Shown here piece by piece: positions 28,085 to 41,759 of a stretch of 64,000 nt of DNA; the stretch's first letter is position 1, and every line of letters begins with the position of its first letter. Location: assembly GCF_006345805.1 (NCBI RefSeq), contig NC_043003.1:54746001-54810000 (forward strand), read 5' to 3'. A program made the position numbers and the translations under genes. This stretch comes from Octopus sinensis. Its lineage: Eukaryota. Under the pieces are notes generated by a model. That model did no database searches. It was given only the letters and a program-made list of their open reading frames with translations, and was not told the DNA's origin.

Positions 28085-28214
28085 TATAATTGTTAAACAG
28101 GACGTCAAGTATTAAGGCAATGTAATCATCTCAAGTCATATACAATATTTCTTCCTGTAATAATATTGTATATGACTTGATATGTTTGCCTTGCCTTAAC
28201 GTTTAACAATTATA
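28085..28214. repeat. ~130-bp hairpin / MITE-like foldback
   Basis: Outer arms tataattgttaaac / gtttaacaattata; perfect 19-bp inner stem tcaagtcatatacaatatt / aatattgtatatgacttga. Confidence 0.85.
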
Positions 28215-28249
28215 TATATATGTATGTATATTTATATTAATATGTATAC

Positions 28250-28345
<96 letters not shown>

Positions 28346-28434
28346 ATATCTTTGTATCTATGTATCTGCCTGGACCAATCTTTGGTCGAAATATATCTAA
28401 GTTTTATCTAAGTTTATATACATGTTGAGTCGTT

Positions 28435-28545
28435 AATCCCTACGTATTTTTCTCTCTCCAGTTTTTCCCCTCTCAAAACATTCTGTCGAAGAGCGTAGGC
28501 CCGGAGCATCAATGACTTTTCCATTCTTCCAGTGTGTCAAACTAA
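28435..28545 (+). mobile_element. PLE terminal-repeat family 1 fragment (degenerate HHR-like motif at 28481-28515)
   Basis: ttctgtcgaagagcgtaggcccgg matches the 31.8, 48.5 and 56.4 kb copies. Confidence 0.6.
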
Positions 28546-29728
28546 AGTGGAAGATGTCGTAAAATTAAGATGTAAAGGGAATAAAATAACCCTGCGAAAA
28601 AGGAAAGAAATTGAAAATTATGATTTTCCATTATTTGAATATCGATGGTTTCCCTTAGCACATCCTAATATAATAGGCACATCCTAATATGATAAGGTCA
28701 AGTTAACTGTATAACGAAATATAACCCACATATTGTATTAAGACGACATTAATGATGTGTACAAATTTTCTAAACAATTTGTTGTATATTGTAAGTGGTA
28801 GTGTCCGTATATGGGAGCATAAAGAGATGTGTGTATCTATTTTAGTTTGCTGCTTATTTTGGAGTTTTCAAATCAATAGTGCTAAGACAGGTAACAAAGA
28901 ACAGCAATTGATTGTTTATGAGTTGGCCTATCTTGTACAAGTTCTTCAAACGATCTAGAGTGCAGCAATGTTCAGAATCTACATGTTTATATTTATGAAG
29001 CCGTCACTTGTCATGCAGCTGTACGTTATATAAAACATTTGGTAAAGTTTAGATGTGGCAATTGCTGATTAGTTGGTTTTCTTCAGGCATGTTAGTGGAC
29101 ATGAATTGAGACGGTAAAAATAGCATTTCATTTCTCCGAAATTTGTGGTATGATTATTAATATTCTTCTTCATCATCACAGTATTGAAAAGTTTTCATTA
29201 ATGCTTGGTAGCATATTTAAAGAGAAATTCTATTATATACTTTACGCTAGTTGTACTATAGAATATTGGTCCATCAAAGCTAGTAAAGAAATTATGTATC
29301 TATGTGCTTACATTTATTGAAAGCTGTGGGTTCTACCCCAATGTTTCCCATTTCTAAGGTTTCTCCTATTATTTTGCGTGTAATTACTATATTTACTGGA
29401 ATCGCAAACAACGCCAGTTACCAATGAGGTATTGTATACGTTCGCAGGCATTCGCAATTGTAAAGAAAAGCGTGTATATTGTCAATATCTCAAATACTAA
29501 GTTAACACGCATACGCAGATTCATGACACACACATATATGTGCGTACGTGTTTGATGGGTCTTAGTGTTTGTGCGCGCGTGTGTGTGTGTGTAAATAACA
29601 AGAGAATTTATTTTATGAAGCACATCAATGTTTAATCAAACAAAACACGTGATATAATATCACATATAGCATTAGTAGGCTTACAGATGCACACACACAG
29701 ACACGCATACACACAGTTACACACAGTT

Positions 29729-29759
<31 letters not shown>

Positions 29760-30049
29760 CGCACACATATAGATTTCTGTGAATCTGGCGATGCAGACCA
29801 GATGTACACTTCTAGGTAGACATAGAGATAGGCAGATATAATGATAGGACGAAAATTAACACGAACAGAGAAACTCATACATAGATAGAGAGGAGGTTAG
29901 AAAGATAAACAGGTGTATACATACACACACATACACACACACATATATATATATATATATACATACAGGGAGAGGGGGAGAGAGAGTAAGAAAAGAGGTA
30001 GATAGATAAATAGGTAGGAATAGGATAAAATACTAAGCAGACAAATATA

Positions 30050-31165
30050 TCAGGTCATACCATAAGTTCTGACCTATTTTACCTTTTTTAAAATTGAATG
30101 AAATTTAATAGTATTTTAGAATATCGAATGGAATGAAAAATTATTTTTATGCATTTGTGTGCATTTAAACTTATTAAATATTATTTTACAGAATAATAGA
30201 ATTAAAATTTGTTTGATTAAAACCCTTTCTAACATGGAATTATCCAAAGAGCATTTAAGGCACATAATGCTTTCTGAGTTCAAAACAGGAAACTCTGCAA
30301 CCGAAACGACTCGAAAAATAAACTCAGTTTATGGGAAAGTATGCTAAAATGAAAGAACTTGCAGAAGATGGTTTGCAAAATTCAGAAGTGGAGATTTCAG
30401 CCTTGAAGATGAAGATCAAACAGGACATCCAGTTGAGTTTGATGATAAGCTGATTAAGGCATTACTTGAAGACAATCCTGCATTATCAGTTGAAGAATTG
30501 GCAATAAAGCTTAGTTCAAACCATACAACTGTTCATCATCATCTTCAACAACTTGGAAATGTTTCTAAACTTGGAAAATGGCTGCCTCATGAATTGTTCG
30601 AAAGCAACCGCAAATCTCGAGTTGACATCTACTCTTCTCTCCATTCTCGCGAACTCATTTCACCCTTTTTGGATATACTTGTGACTGGTGACGAAAATTG
30701 GATCGTCTATGGAAATGTTAAACGTCGTAAGTAGTAGCTTGGTAAAAGGGGAAAAGGTCAACCACAGCCGATAAGGGAACTTCATGGGAAAAACTTTCTT
30801 CTCTCTATCTGGTGGGATTGCAAGGGAGTAATTCACTTTGAATTGTTACCACCTTATGCAACAATCAATGTTAATGTCTACTGTCCTGTCAGCAATTAGA
30901 GAACCAAGCTCTGAAGAGAGAAGTGATGCTTCATCAGGACAATGCCCGACCCCGCACTGCAAAGATCACATCACAAGAGGTCGAAGAGCTTGGTTGGGAA
31001 AAAATTCCTCATCCACCTTATTCTCCCGACTTTGTTTCGTAGTTTACAGAATCATTTGGGGGACATAACTTTCGCAAGCCAGGAGGAGATCGAAACTGAC
31101 ATTTCAGAGTTCTTCGCTTTAAAACCAAAAGAGTTTATATTGACGGGATTAACAAGGTGGGGGAA
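30050..31165 (+). mobile_element. mariner (DD34D) transposon, pseudogenised, 3' end missing
   Basis: Left TIR TA|TCAGGTCATACCATAAGTT; ATG at 30234 (MELSKEHLRHIML...). Motifs RRWFAKFRSGDFSLED, WLPHEL, LVTGDENWI, HQDNARP and HPPYSPD; stops and frameshifts. Confidence 0.93.
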
Positions 31166-31699
31166 GGTAATGGTGTGGTGAGGGATCTGACAGAACCAAA
31201 GAATTGGACCATTGTATTTTGAGGGCTCTGTGACAGGTGATTCGTATCTGGACGTGTCTGTCAACAGATGATGCCTCTCGTGCATTCACTTAGAAGAGAA
31301 ATTCTGTCTGGTTTCAGCAGGATGAGGCTCTGTCTCATAATTTTGTGAATGAACATTTTCCAGTGAGATGGTTCGGGCGTCGTGGGACAATTAAACGGGT
31401 ACTACGGTCACCAGATTTAACTCACATGGACATTTTCTTCTGGAGCTACATTAAATCCCTTGTGTATTCTGAAAATATTCGTGACCAAAGATATATTCAA
31501 AGGAATTGTTGAAGCGTGTGAACAAGTCAACGGCAATGAAGAACTATTTAAGAGAGTTCATCGTAATTTCAAATTCTGTATGAACACTTGTTTAGAGCTA
31601 CATGGCCAATACCTTGAACCTTTGAAATAGATTACCTACTTCAATACAAATAATGCATACTTAGTATCTCCCATGGTGATTGACTTTCTGACCACACTG
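31166..31699 (+). mobile_element. 3' half of a second Tc1/mariner-superfamily transposon (QQDGA..WPxRSPDL type, rosa/maT-like)
   Basis: VMVW..IGPLYFEGSVTGDSYL, WFQQDEA, FPVRWFGRRG, RSPDLTHMDIFFWSYIKSLVY; right TIR-like end ...GACTTTCTGACCACACTG|TA. Confidence 0.8.
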
Positions 31700-31736
<37 letters not shown>

Positions 31737-31742
<6 letters not shown>

Positions 31743-31912
31743 AGAGTTTGGGAAAAAAACAAAAGACGAAGACTGGTGGTGTACAAAACAGATGTATTAG
31801 TATAACGCTCAGGAATAGAAAAAGTATTTTACGTTTCGAGCCTACGCTCTTCTACAGAAAAAACAAGGAGAGAGAAAACTGTGTGTAGTGGCTAACGATC
31901 TATCATGGCGAC
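31737..31912 (-). mobile_element. PLE terminal-repeat family 1, ending at (TA)n; HHR-like motif at 31827-31861
   Basis: Homologous to 48424-48615; minus strand reads TTT-CTGTAGA-A-GAGC-GTAG-GCTC-GAAAC-GTA-AAA. Confidence 0.8.
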
Positions 31913-31921
31913 TATATATAC

Positions 31922-31976
<55 letters not shown>

Positions 31977-32597
31977 CGTGTGTGTGTGTGTGTATGTGTG
32001 TGTATCTATGTATGAATGTAAGTATGTATGTATATATAGTAAAATATATAGTAATATATCAAATGCAGTATAGGCCTGAAAACAGGTGAAGGAAATACAA
32101 AACAAGTGGCGTCTTTAAAACCATTAAATCAATCAAAATTGCTTTTAAAACAAAGTTCATAATAAACACTGAAAGGTAGCTATACGCGCGCCTAAATACA
32201 CGCATGAATATTCATACGATAAACATGTTCCTATCATAAAGAAGCCAAATATGATCATGCGCATGAATAAAACTAAACGCATGCACAAACCCACACACGC
32301 ACACACACACATACACACACATACACACATACACAGTTGCAAGATTGTACACCTTCCAATAGATATAGACATTTAGACTTGCTAATCAGCAGTTGTAGGT
32401 AACTTACACACAGAAGCAGAATAACACTTCTACGTTTGTCTTACAAGTTAAAAACTCATATTTACATACATAAATGCATCTATACATACATACACACTAA
32501 CGAACACACACATATATATGTATGTATGTATATGTATAAATATGTATATATATATATAAGTATACATATGCATGTATGTATCTATATATATACAAAC

Positions 32598-32636
<39 letters not shown>

Positions 32637-32680
32637 ATATATATAATATATATATATATATATATAATATATAATATATA

Positions 32681-32719
<39 letters not shown>

Positions 32720-32775
32720 TATTATAATAATATAATAATATATATATATATATATATAATATATAATATATATAT

Positions 32776-32808
<33 letters not shown>

Positions 32809-33546
32809 TATTATATATTTAATTATATATATAATACATATATATATATATAATATAATATTACATATATATATATTATATATATATATATATATTATAT
32901 ATATATATATATCTATATATATATATATATACATATATGTATACACACACACACATATTTATTTATATTCATGTTATAAGTAATACCATATCAGACGAGA
33001 TACAAAGAAACACGTATTTATCAAACAAAATTCTCATATACATGCCTACGAATAAATGTATGCATTCATATGTTAATGTTGTATCTATAAGTAATATAAG
33101 TAAAGGATAGAGAGGGCCAGCCTATTTCTTTGGAATTCACAAGGCACCATCTTCTCTTCTTCCTTTTCCCAGACGCGGTACGCCATTATCGTGCGCTGTT
33201 GTCAATCATTTTACAGCATTAACAACTACATACAGATAACTAGACAACAAAAAATCAATCAAATGAAGGAAAAGAAGGACACATAGCTTCATTCAGGAAA
33301 TAATTATCACTGAAAAGTCTAACCTGTGTCTATTCTCATAAATCTTATCGCATGTTCTGTTGAAAGATGTCTTCACATCACAACAGCAGACGAGTGGTTT
33401 ACTGTGTCCCGCGAAATATCTCTCACCTCTTCCGCATGAACACGGACATTGTTTCATTCGTTCAGAGTTCCATTCACTTTTTCCTTCCTTTCTTTCTATC
33501 TATCTTTCTTTCTATCTTTCTTTCTATCTTTCTTTCTTCCTTCTTT

Positions 33547-33589
<43 letters not shown>

Positions 33590-34044
33590 ATCGTTCTTAA
33601 TTTCTTTGTGTTCCTCCTGTGTATTTTTTACCCGTCTATCAGTCTGTCTTTATTTCTACGTCCGTTTAATTTTCTTACATCCACATTAACACATACACCC
33701 AATAACTATGTGTATGTATATCTGTATACATGTATGTGATATATAAGTATATGAACACACACACACACACACATACACACACACAAATACACACATACGT
33801 ATATATATTTCATAAAATATATCAAACTATGTGAAACGAAGGCATATCTCTTCCACTTTTTATATGTTTTACACATATTTTCACTTCATAATTTTGCCAC
33901 GTGGTGTATACTGATTCTCCAGTATTTTTGCTCCTTTCATATATATATATATATTATATATATATATGTGTGGGTGTGGGGTGTGTGTGTGTGTGTGTGT
34001 GTGCGTGTGTGTGTTTGTGTATATATATATATATATTTGTGTAT

Positions 34045-34535
34045 ATATAAATTTAAAATAATACGGGTAAGAATTGAATATTAATTGATCGATATCAGTT
34101 TAAAACTATTATACAGAAAAATAGAAGAAGATTAGAAAATATATTACATACATATAAGAGAAATGACCACTACGTGGATGTCCATTATGCTAGAAGTCAC
34201 CCCTAATGTCTTACAACTAAGAAAGAAATGTTCTCAAGAAAATTTAGCAAACGCCAGAGAATGTAAGCGAGCAAGACAAATGAAAAGATACAAAATATAC
34301 AGATTAATCACAAACCAGTTTCGTTGTTACCACTTAGGTAATTCCTTACATAGATGTCCGCAACTGGTCAGTGTGATCGTCATAGCAAAATATAATTTGC
34401 AGAACTATACCGGGACGTCCGCATGAAATTCAACATGTATATATTTCTACCAATGACATTTGGTGTTATATTCAAAAGTCTATATTTTGTTATGACGATC
34501 ACCACTGACGAGTTGCGGACATCTACGTAAAAAAC
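34045..34535 (-). mobile_element. PLE-like terminal repeat family 3 with partial inverted copy (duplicated at ~36025-36515)
   Basis: Ends at (TA)n, contains an HHR, and has a ~45-bp inverted repeat (34351-34394 vs 34481-34527). Confidence 0.75.
34307..34377 (-). ncRNA. Type I hammerhead ribozyme motif with G8C substitution (duplicate at 36290-36360)
   Basis: Minus strand ATCACA-CTGACCA-GTTG(...)CAAC-GAAAC-TG-GTT-TGTGAT: perfect 6-bp stem I, 4-bp stem II, short stem III, GUU cleavage triplet. The adjacent inverted partial copy keeps CTGACGA. Confidence 0.75.
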
Positions 34536-35539
34536 ACATTTCATTTAATTTTCTACAATTTAATTGTTTTTTCGTGCTTTACTTTTCATACATTCAGTTG
34601 GGAAAGTCGCAAAAACTGAAAGCTGTTCTGCATAATAAAATTATTTCAGCATTTTCTACCTTGTCCTATTTTCCTTATATATCAACTCGTATGTCCACTT
34701 TTCAACCTTCTACAGACTTAAGCTATTGTCCTACTTTACTATGGATGAAGAGTATTAGTATGAACAGAGTGATCAATGAAAACATCTTTGCTTCTCCAAA
34801 ATCAAGAAGCGCAGGGAAAGCAATCCAGATTACTCGTTTTCGACAACAAGGGGTCATCTTTATTTAGTACGTCCGTCTGGCTAAACGGTGAGCAAGTAGA
34901 ACTTTGCACATGTTTTGAAGGAGTTCGGGAAGAAATTTCGTCACAAATGGTCAGAGCACTTCTACTCGCGTTGAGTCAGCGGCACTTGCACCACGAGACT
35001 ACTCGAGTCCACAATTCTATCCTAGTAACGAACAACTTGACATAGATGGCTATCAAGCTGTTCTGACTCTACTACAGATCAAATCTTCCTAGTGGTTTTT
35101 GGTGTGTTCCCCAATTTGAACCTCAAGGATAGTCAACTTGAAGACATTGAGAAAATGTAGGACGCTGTGACAAACGTCCTGATACCTTCATTTTGAAGGT
35201 ATTCCATAGGGGCTTCTGAAGTGGCTAGGGCTGCGCTACAACAAGTGCATTGGAAATTTATAACTGTTATTCATTAAAACATTTGCACCTCGTATAGTAG
35301 AATACTGCCAATAACTTGTTCTCATTTCCTTTGTCATTAGATTCTGCAATTTTCTGCCAATCTGCACTCACTGCCGTCACAAGAAGCTTACACATTTTCC
35401 TGTGCTTGCATCAGACAGACAACCACCATATCCTGTTAAATATCTACTTCGGTCACAGATGAATCTTCTTCGTCTCATCAAAGTTTGAATTTTATTTTAG
35501 AGTGCCATTAATATACCCTATATATATATATATCTATAT

Positions 35540-35574
<35 letters not shown>

Positions 35575-35581
<7 letters not shown>

Positions 35582-35930
35582 TAAAATAATAAGGGTGAAA
35601 AATTGAATATTATTTAATATCATTTAGAACCAGTGGTCTAGCATATTAAAATCTGACGATTCAGAAAAATTATATTACATACATATAAGGGGGATGACCA
35701 CTACGTGGACATCCATTATGCTACAAGTAGATCCGCTATGGTCTTACACTAGAAATGAATGTTCTCAAAAAAATTTAGCCACGTCAGAACGTAAGCAAGA
35801 CAAATGAAAAGAAAAGAAAATATAGATTACTCATAAACAATTGTCCTGGCGTTTACTAAATTTTCTTGAGAACATTTCTTTCTTAATGTTAAGACCAAAG
35901 CGGATTCTACTTCTAGCATATAGATGTGAA
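35575..35930 (-). mobile_element. Second family 3 PLE-like terminus with ~80-bp inverted partial copy (duplicated at ~37553-37907)
   Basis: Paralogous to 34045-34315; 35709-35788 is the reverse complement of 35845-35927; abuts (TA)n. Confidence 0.75.
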
Positions 35931-35944
35931 CGTGTGTATGTGTT

Positions 35945-35983
<39 letters not shown>

Positions 35984-37505
35984 TGTGCGTGTGTTTGTGT
36001 ATATATATATATATATTTGTGTATATATAAATTTAAAATAATACGGGTTAAGAATTGAATATTAATTTGATCGATATCAGTTTAAAACTATTATACAGAA
36101 AAATCTGAAGATTCAGAAAAATTATATTACATACATATAAGAGAAATGACCACTACGTGGATGTCCATTATGCTAGAAGTCGACCCCCTAATGTCTTACA
36201 ACTAAGAAAGAAATGTTCTCAAGAAAATTTAGCAAACGCCAGAATGTAAGCGAGCAAGACAAATGAAAAGATACAAAATATACAGATTAATCACAAACCA
36301 GTTTCGTTGTTACCACTTAGGTAATTCCTTACATAGATGTCCGCAACTGGTCAGTGTGATCGTCATAGCAAAATATAATTTGCAGAACTATACACGGGAC
36401 GTCCGCATGAAATTCAACATGTATATATTTCTACCAATGACATTTGGTGTTATATTTCAAAAGTCTATATTTTGTTATGACGATCACACTGACGAGTTGC
36501 GGACATCTACGTAAAAAACACATTTCATTTAATTTTTCTACAATTTAATTGTTTTTTCGTGCTTTACTTTTCATACATTCAGTTGGAAAAGTCGCAAAAA
36601 CTGAAAGCTGTTCTGCATAATAAAATTATTTCAGCATTTTCTACCTTGTCCTATTTTCCTTATACATATCAACTCGTATGTCACTTTTCAACCTTCTACA
36701 GACTTAAGCTATTGTCCTACTTTACTATGGATGAAGAGTATTAGTATGAACAGAGTGATCAATGAAAACATCTTTGCTTCTCCAAAATCAAGAAGCGCAG
36801 GGAAAGCAAATCCACGATTACCTCGTTTTTCGACAACAAGGGCGTCATCTTTATTTAGTACGTTCCGTCTGGCTAAACGGTGAGCAAGTAGAACTTTGCA
36901 CATGTTTTGAAGGAGTTCGGGAAGAAATTTCGTCACAAATGGTCAGAGCACTTCTACTCGCGTTGAGTCAGCGGCACTTGCACCACGAGACTACTCGAGT
37001 CCACAATTCTATCCTAGTAACGAACAACTTGACATAGATGGCTATCAAAGCTGTTCCTGACTCTACCTACAGATCAAATCTTCCTAGTGGTTTTTGGTTG
37101 TTCCCCAATTTGAACCTCAAGGATAGTCAACTTGAAGACATTGAGAAAATGTAGGACGCTGTGACAAACGTCCTGATACCTTCATTTTGAAGGTATTCCA
37201 TAGGGGCTTCCTGAAGTGGCTAGGGCGCTACAACAAGTGCATTGGAAATTTATAACTGTTATTCATTAAAACATTTGCACCTCGTATAGTAGAATACTGC
37301 TCAATAACTTGTTCTCATTTCCTTTGTCATTAGATTCTGCAATTTTCTGCCAATCTGCACTCACTGCCGTCACAAGAAGCTTACACATTTTCCTGTGCTT
37401 GCATCAGACATACAACCACCATATCCTGTTAAATATCTACTTCGGTCACAGATGAATCTTCTTCGTCTCATACAGTTTGAATTTTATTTTAGAGTGCCAT
37501 TAATA

Positions 37506-37558
<53 letters not shown>

Positions 37559-37932
37559 AAATAATAAGGGTGAAAAATTGAATATTATTTAAATATCATT
37601 TAGAACCAGTGGTCTAGCATATTAAAATCTGACGATTCAGAAAAATTATATTACATACATATAAGGGGGATGACCACTACGTGGACATCCATTATGCTAC
37701 AAGTAGATCCGCTATGGTCTTACCACTAAGAAATGAATGTTCTCAAAAAAATTTAGCCAACGTCAGAACGTAAGCAAGACAAATGAAAAGAAACAAAATA
37801 TAGATTAATCATAAACAATGTTCTGGCGTTTACTAAATTTTCTTGAGAACATTTCTTTCTTAATGTTAAGACCAAAGCGGATCTACTTCTAGCATAATAG
37901 ATGTGAACGTGTGTATGTGTGTGTGTGTGTGT

Positions 37933-37973
<41 letters not shown>

Positions 37974-38994
37974 TATTAAAGTTTCACTAAATAAGCCGTT
38001 AGGTAAAGCTGAATGTTAACATAAATCTTCCGTTGCTATTCTCAAACTAGCGCATTCACACGCATGCACACAAACACACACATACGCACAAATACGCACG
38101 CACATACATACACACACACACAAACCCAAACACACACATACACGTCTGAATACCTGAGCCTAGGCGTGTATATATCACCAATGTAAATTTATGTTGAAGC
38201 CAAAAAGAAATAAAATCACTTTGTATTTCTTTCGCACTGATTTACACGGACAGTCCCACGTCAATGTCTCCGTCAGCATTGCAGTAAATCTGTTGGTAAC
38301 ATTTAACCACCATCGCAACTGTTACCAAAATACAGTAGAAAATATATAAATGTGTCATTATTGACTGATCGATCTGGGAATATTCGGAAAGATTGTAATC
38401 AAATCAATATTAAATAGTCGGTATCGATATAGGTTATCGAGAATGTAAAATCATTGTACAAAGAGTTGAAAACTAGTAAATAAAGCAAAGACTGAATTAA
38501 AGTTAATAAAAACATAGACGTGATGTTGCAAGAAGAACAATTAAATTCCTATAAAAGAACGATAAATGCCTCTCGATGTAAACTAAAACAAAATGACAAT
38601 ATAGTTTCCACCACCATGATATACAGATATATTTACAGTTATTATATGTGTCTGTTCCTGGTCAATAAAGATCCAGAAAACAGGAACAACGACGTTTAAA
38701 GCTCAACCATTTCGACTTGTTTGTAAAGAGGAGACAGAATGCGATATGATGGAAATATAACTGGTATTCTGACCTGTCTCAAAGATTATAAAATCAGACC
38801 ATACTTATTTCATCGTCATAATGCTTTATTGCTGTTTATCTTCATGCTATCCGACACCAAGAAGTGGTGTAATTAAATGACTTCAAATCCTCAGTAGTAA
38901 GTGTTTATGAAGGTTTTAGATAACCAATTTTTCTATAGTGTATACAATTAAGGCTTCCAGTGTCAACGTAAAAATATCCCTCATTAGCTCATGA

Positions 38995-39175
38995 TGTTCG
39001 CTCTTACCGTCGACGTTTGCCTCAAGTAAACACTATAAAATGCATTCCAGCCGTAATCGATTTGTATCGTATCCAGATGTAATGTTTCGGTGACAAAGCG
39101 AGTCATTCTTTTAAGAGAGTGGCGTGTGACATGTAGCTATTCTAGCCGTTCCAGTGACCAGGTAGGGTCTTCATG
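38995..39175. repeat. Old dispersed repeat family E; related pieces at ~9785-9845, 12660-12720, 17730-17885, 24225-24295, 54775-54845, 57790-58010
   Basis: Shared degenerate motifs gcattcca(g/a)c.(g/t)tga and ga...tt.g.tgctatt..ag; inverse copies end in gatc.gggg.ta.ac. By-eye similarity only. Confidence 0.45.
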
Positions 39176-39479
39176 TCGTATTATATAACTGGCTGTTGTT
39201 GTTCTTATCTAGCTTCAATGCTGAGCATCGTATGGTATATCCAGAGATTATATCTTGTTCACAGTACACAATATTTTCTTCCGAAGCAAAGACTGTAGGG
39301 TGCTATGTGATGGAGAACTTGCGGCCATTTCTCGCACATTTTGTGACCATTGACACCTACTACAACCAATATTAACACCCAAAAGTGCGAAAGAACCAAT
39401 AGAGGGCTAAAAAATTAAGATAAAAGATAAAAAATGACAGTAGAAGTAAAAACGAAGCAAAAATCGAAAGAAAGTGCCC

Positions 39480-41525
39480 GAGTAATACAAAAAACCCAGA
39501 CAGTTAATATGCAAATCCACCACAAGAAGGCGCATAGAAGTGTCTAAAATTCTTCTGCTTTGTAACTGCTGGCATGGACATGATGGTGGAAACTACTGCT
39601 TCCTGCATAGAAAACCATACAACAGGCATACCAAAAGCAAAAGCCTCCGTCCAAAAGTCACAGGAATATTACAAAGAGGAAGAAATTGTGCATCACCTGC
39701 ATCAAGGTTAATATACGCCCATGTACTACCTATGAAAACCAGCCATACACACAAGCCGTTTTATGGATGGCTCAAAAGTATGTGCAACAACTAACCTGGT
39801 TTCATCAATTCTAGAGTCGTAGTCAGCACGCAAACTTTTATGCTCGTAATGCAAGCCGTATGCTACAATTTTTCATAAAAACAGGGAGAGGATAGTTCTT
39901 ATAAGATAGTGTACAAAGATTTCAAACCACCTCAACAGAGAACTCAACGGCGGTGAGAAGCCTTGCCTAAAATCCGCAATGCTGGAGATTAAGAAACAAC
40001 TGCAGCATTTCACTGAGAAGGGAAGATCAGTCAGAGAGGTCTGGGTCATAACAAAATATAAAATCAGACTCTATAGCCTTATATAGGTACGCCGAGGAGG
40101 CTGCCTCTGTGCATTGCAGATTACGACCACACCTTCAAAATGATGGCTCCCTCACGGGAAATTCAATAAGGATAAGTGAAACACTGAATGAAAAGCTCAT
40201 ACGTTGCTTCACGCCGCTCCTACCGCACATGCAAGTTAGCAAACCTGTAGAATTCTTTACTGCTACAGAAACTAAATGGAAGGCAGTAAGACTTGATTAC
40301 GTCAACATCGAAGAAAAGGATATGATGCTAGTAATAGATAATATAGATTTAAACTCAGTTGCTGGCCCTAGTGGATTCCCAGCGATGCACCTCAACACAT
40401 GTAAGCGACTCCTTGCAAAACCATTACAGCTACTTTTTTCAGAGCTTTGGAAATGGTAAGCTCCTGGACAAATTAAATGAAGAAATAATATTCCCTATCC
40501 GCAAAGGAGGAAGCAGAGCAGATGTAATAATCAATAGGCATATCTCTCTGACCTCACAAATCAGCAAATTCATGGAATGAATAGGCCGAATGAAAGTAAT
40601 TGCATTTCTTGAAGAGAATAACAGACTGACACAGCTTGGTTTTCAACCAGGTAGAAGCTACCTGGCACAGCTCTTGCAGTATTACAACTGGATGCTAAAG
40701 CACCTGCTCAACAACTCAAATGTGGACGAGATATTCTTCGACTATGCAAAAGCTTTTGACAAAATCGACTATGTAATGATTTGTCACTAGCTTCGAAATA
40801 ATGGCATATTTAGAGAAGTTGGCTACATGACTTTCTGAAAGATAAAAGTCAGGTAGTAGTGGTCAATGTTGCCACCTCGAAGAAAACACAAATAATGATT
40901 AGTTGTTCGACAGGGCAGTTCTGGAGTCCCTGCTATTCATAGTGGCCCTCTCTGACATGAGCTTAGCTGCTCAGGTAGGTACCCTTGCTAGCTATGCGGA
41001 CGATATATAAGCCTCTCAAAGAATACAGAACTCCGGAGATGCAGTATAATGCTGGAAAATTTCAATCCCTGCGCTAACGACACAGGAAGCTCAATGAAAA
41101 GCATATAGGATGAACTGGCCCAGGAGGGATTCCAATTCCTGAAACAAAATCAGTGCGTGACCTGGGCATCAACATGAGTAATGATGAATCTTTCCAGGAG
41201 TACATTACCAAGTCGGCAATAAAATGCAGATGTCTGCCCGGGTGGACCCTTCGAATTTTCAAAACAATAGAAAGAGGACATTCGTTCTCAGCCGTCTGGA
41301 TTACTGCTCCCAACTCTGGTCACTAGACAGTGTAAAATTAACGACGGAATTCGAGGCGATCCAGCGAAGCATCACAAAGAATATCGATGCAATGCGATCT
41401 ATCAGATACAAGGAGAGACTGAAACAGTTAGGACTCTACTCCCTGGACCGAAAGCGGAAAAGATATGCAGTAATATACATCCGGAAAATCCTAGAAACAC
41501 TTGTTCCGAAATTAGCATTGTCATT
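39480..41525 (+). pseudogene. Decayed CR1-group LINE (ORF1 Cys/His relic plus ORF2 reverse transcriptase)
   Basis: AGPSGFP, PIRKGGSR..NRHISLTS.ISKFME, QLGFQPGRS, VDEIFFDYAKAFDKI, YADD (~40993), VRDLGI, SRLDYCSQLWS, YKERLKQLGLYSL. Upstream CWHGHDGGNYCFLH suggests CCCH fingers. Many stops and frameshifts. Confidence 0.9.
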
Positions 41526-41699
41526 TACATCAACAACAGGATGGGGTGCTACAACATACGTACGTATACATACGTACATGCATGCATAGGCACACACACA
41601 ATGTGTTAAATTATAAGGCACAAAAAGAAAATTACTCTCCCTGACACAACAACATATATATGTGCCTATACATACATGTATGTATATATGTATGTTTGT

Positions 41700-41759
<60 letters not shown>

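Larger units (their letters stand above)
33960..37970. repeat. ~1.98-kb tandem duplication (about 33960-35935 and 35936-37970)
   Basis: Near-identical sequence at an offset of about 1980; differences are mostly 1-nt indels; the units are bounded by three (TG)n tracts. Confidence 0.95.

Noticed and set aside
34750-35500. Coding-looking segment (VWLNGEQVELCTCFEGVREEISSQ...)
   Set aside because: Stops occur in all frames and no motif can be assigned confidently; possibly a decayed retroelement ORF1.
39009-39033. Minus-strand micro-exon with a GTAAGA donor that would extend the 52-kb signal peptide
   Set aside because: It lies inside old repeat family E and has a weak acceptor.
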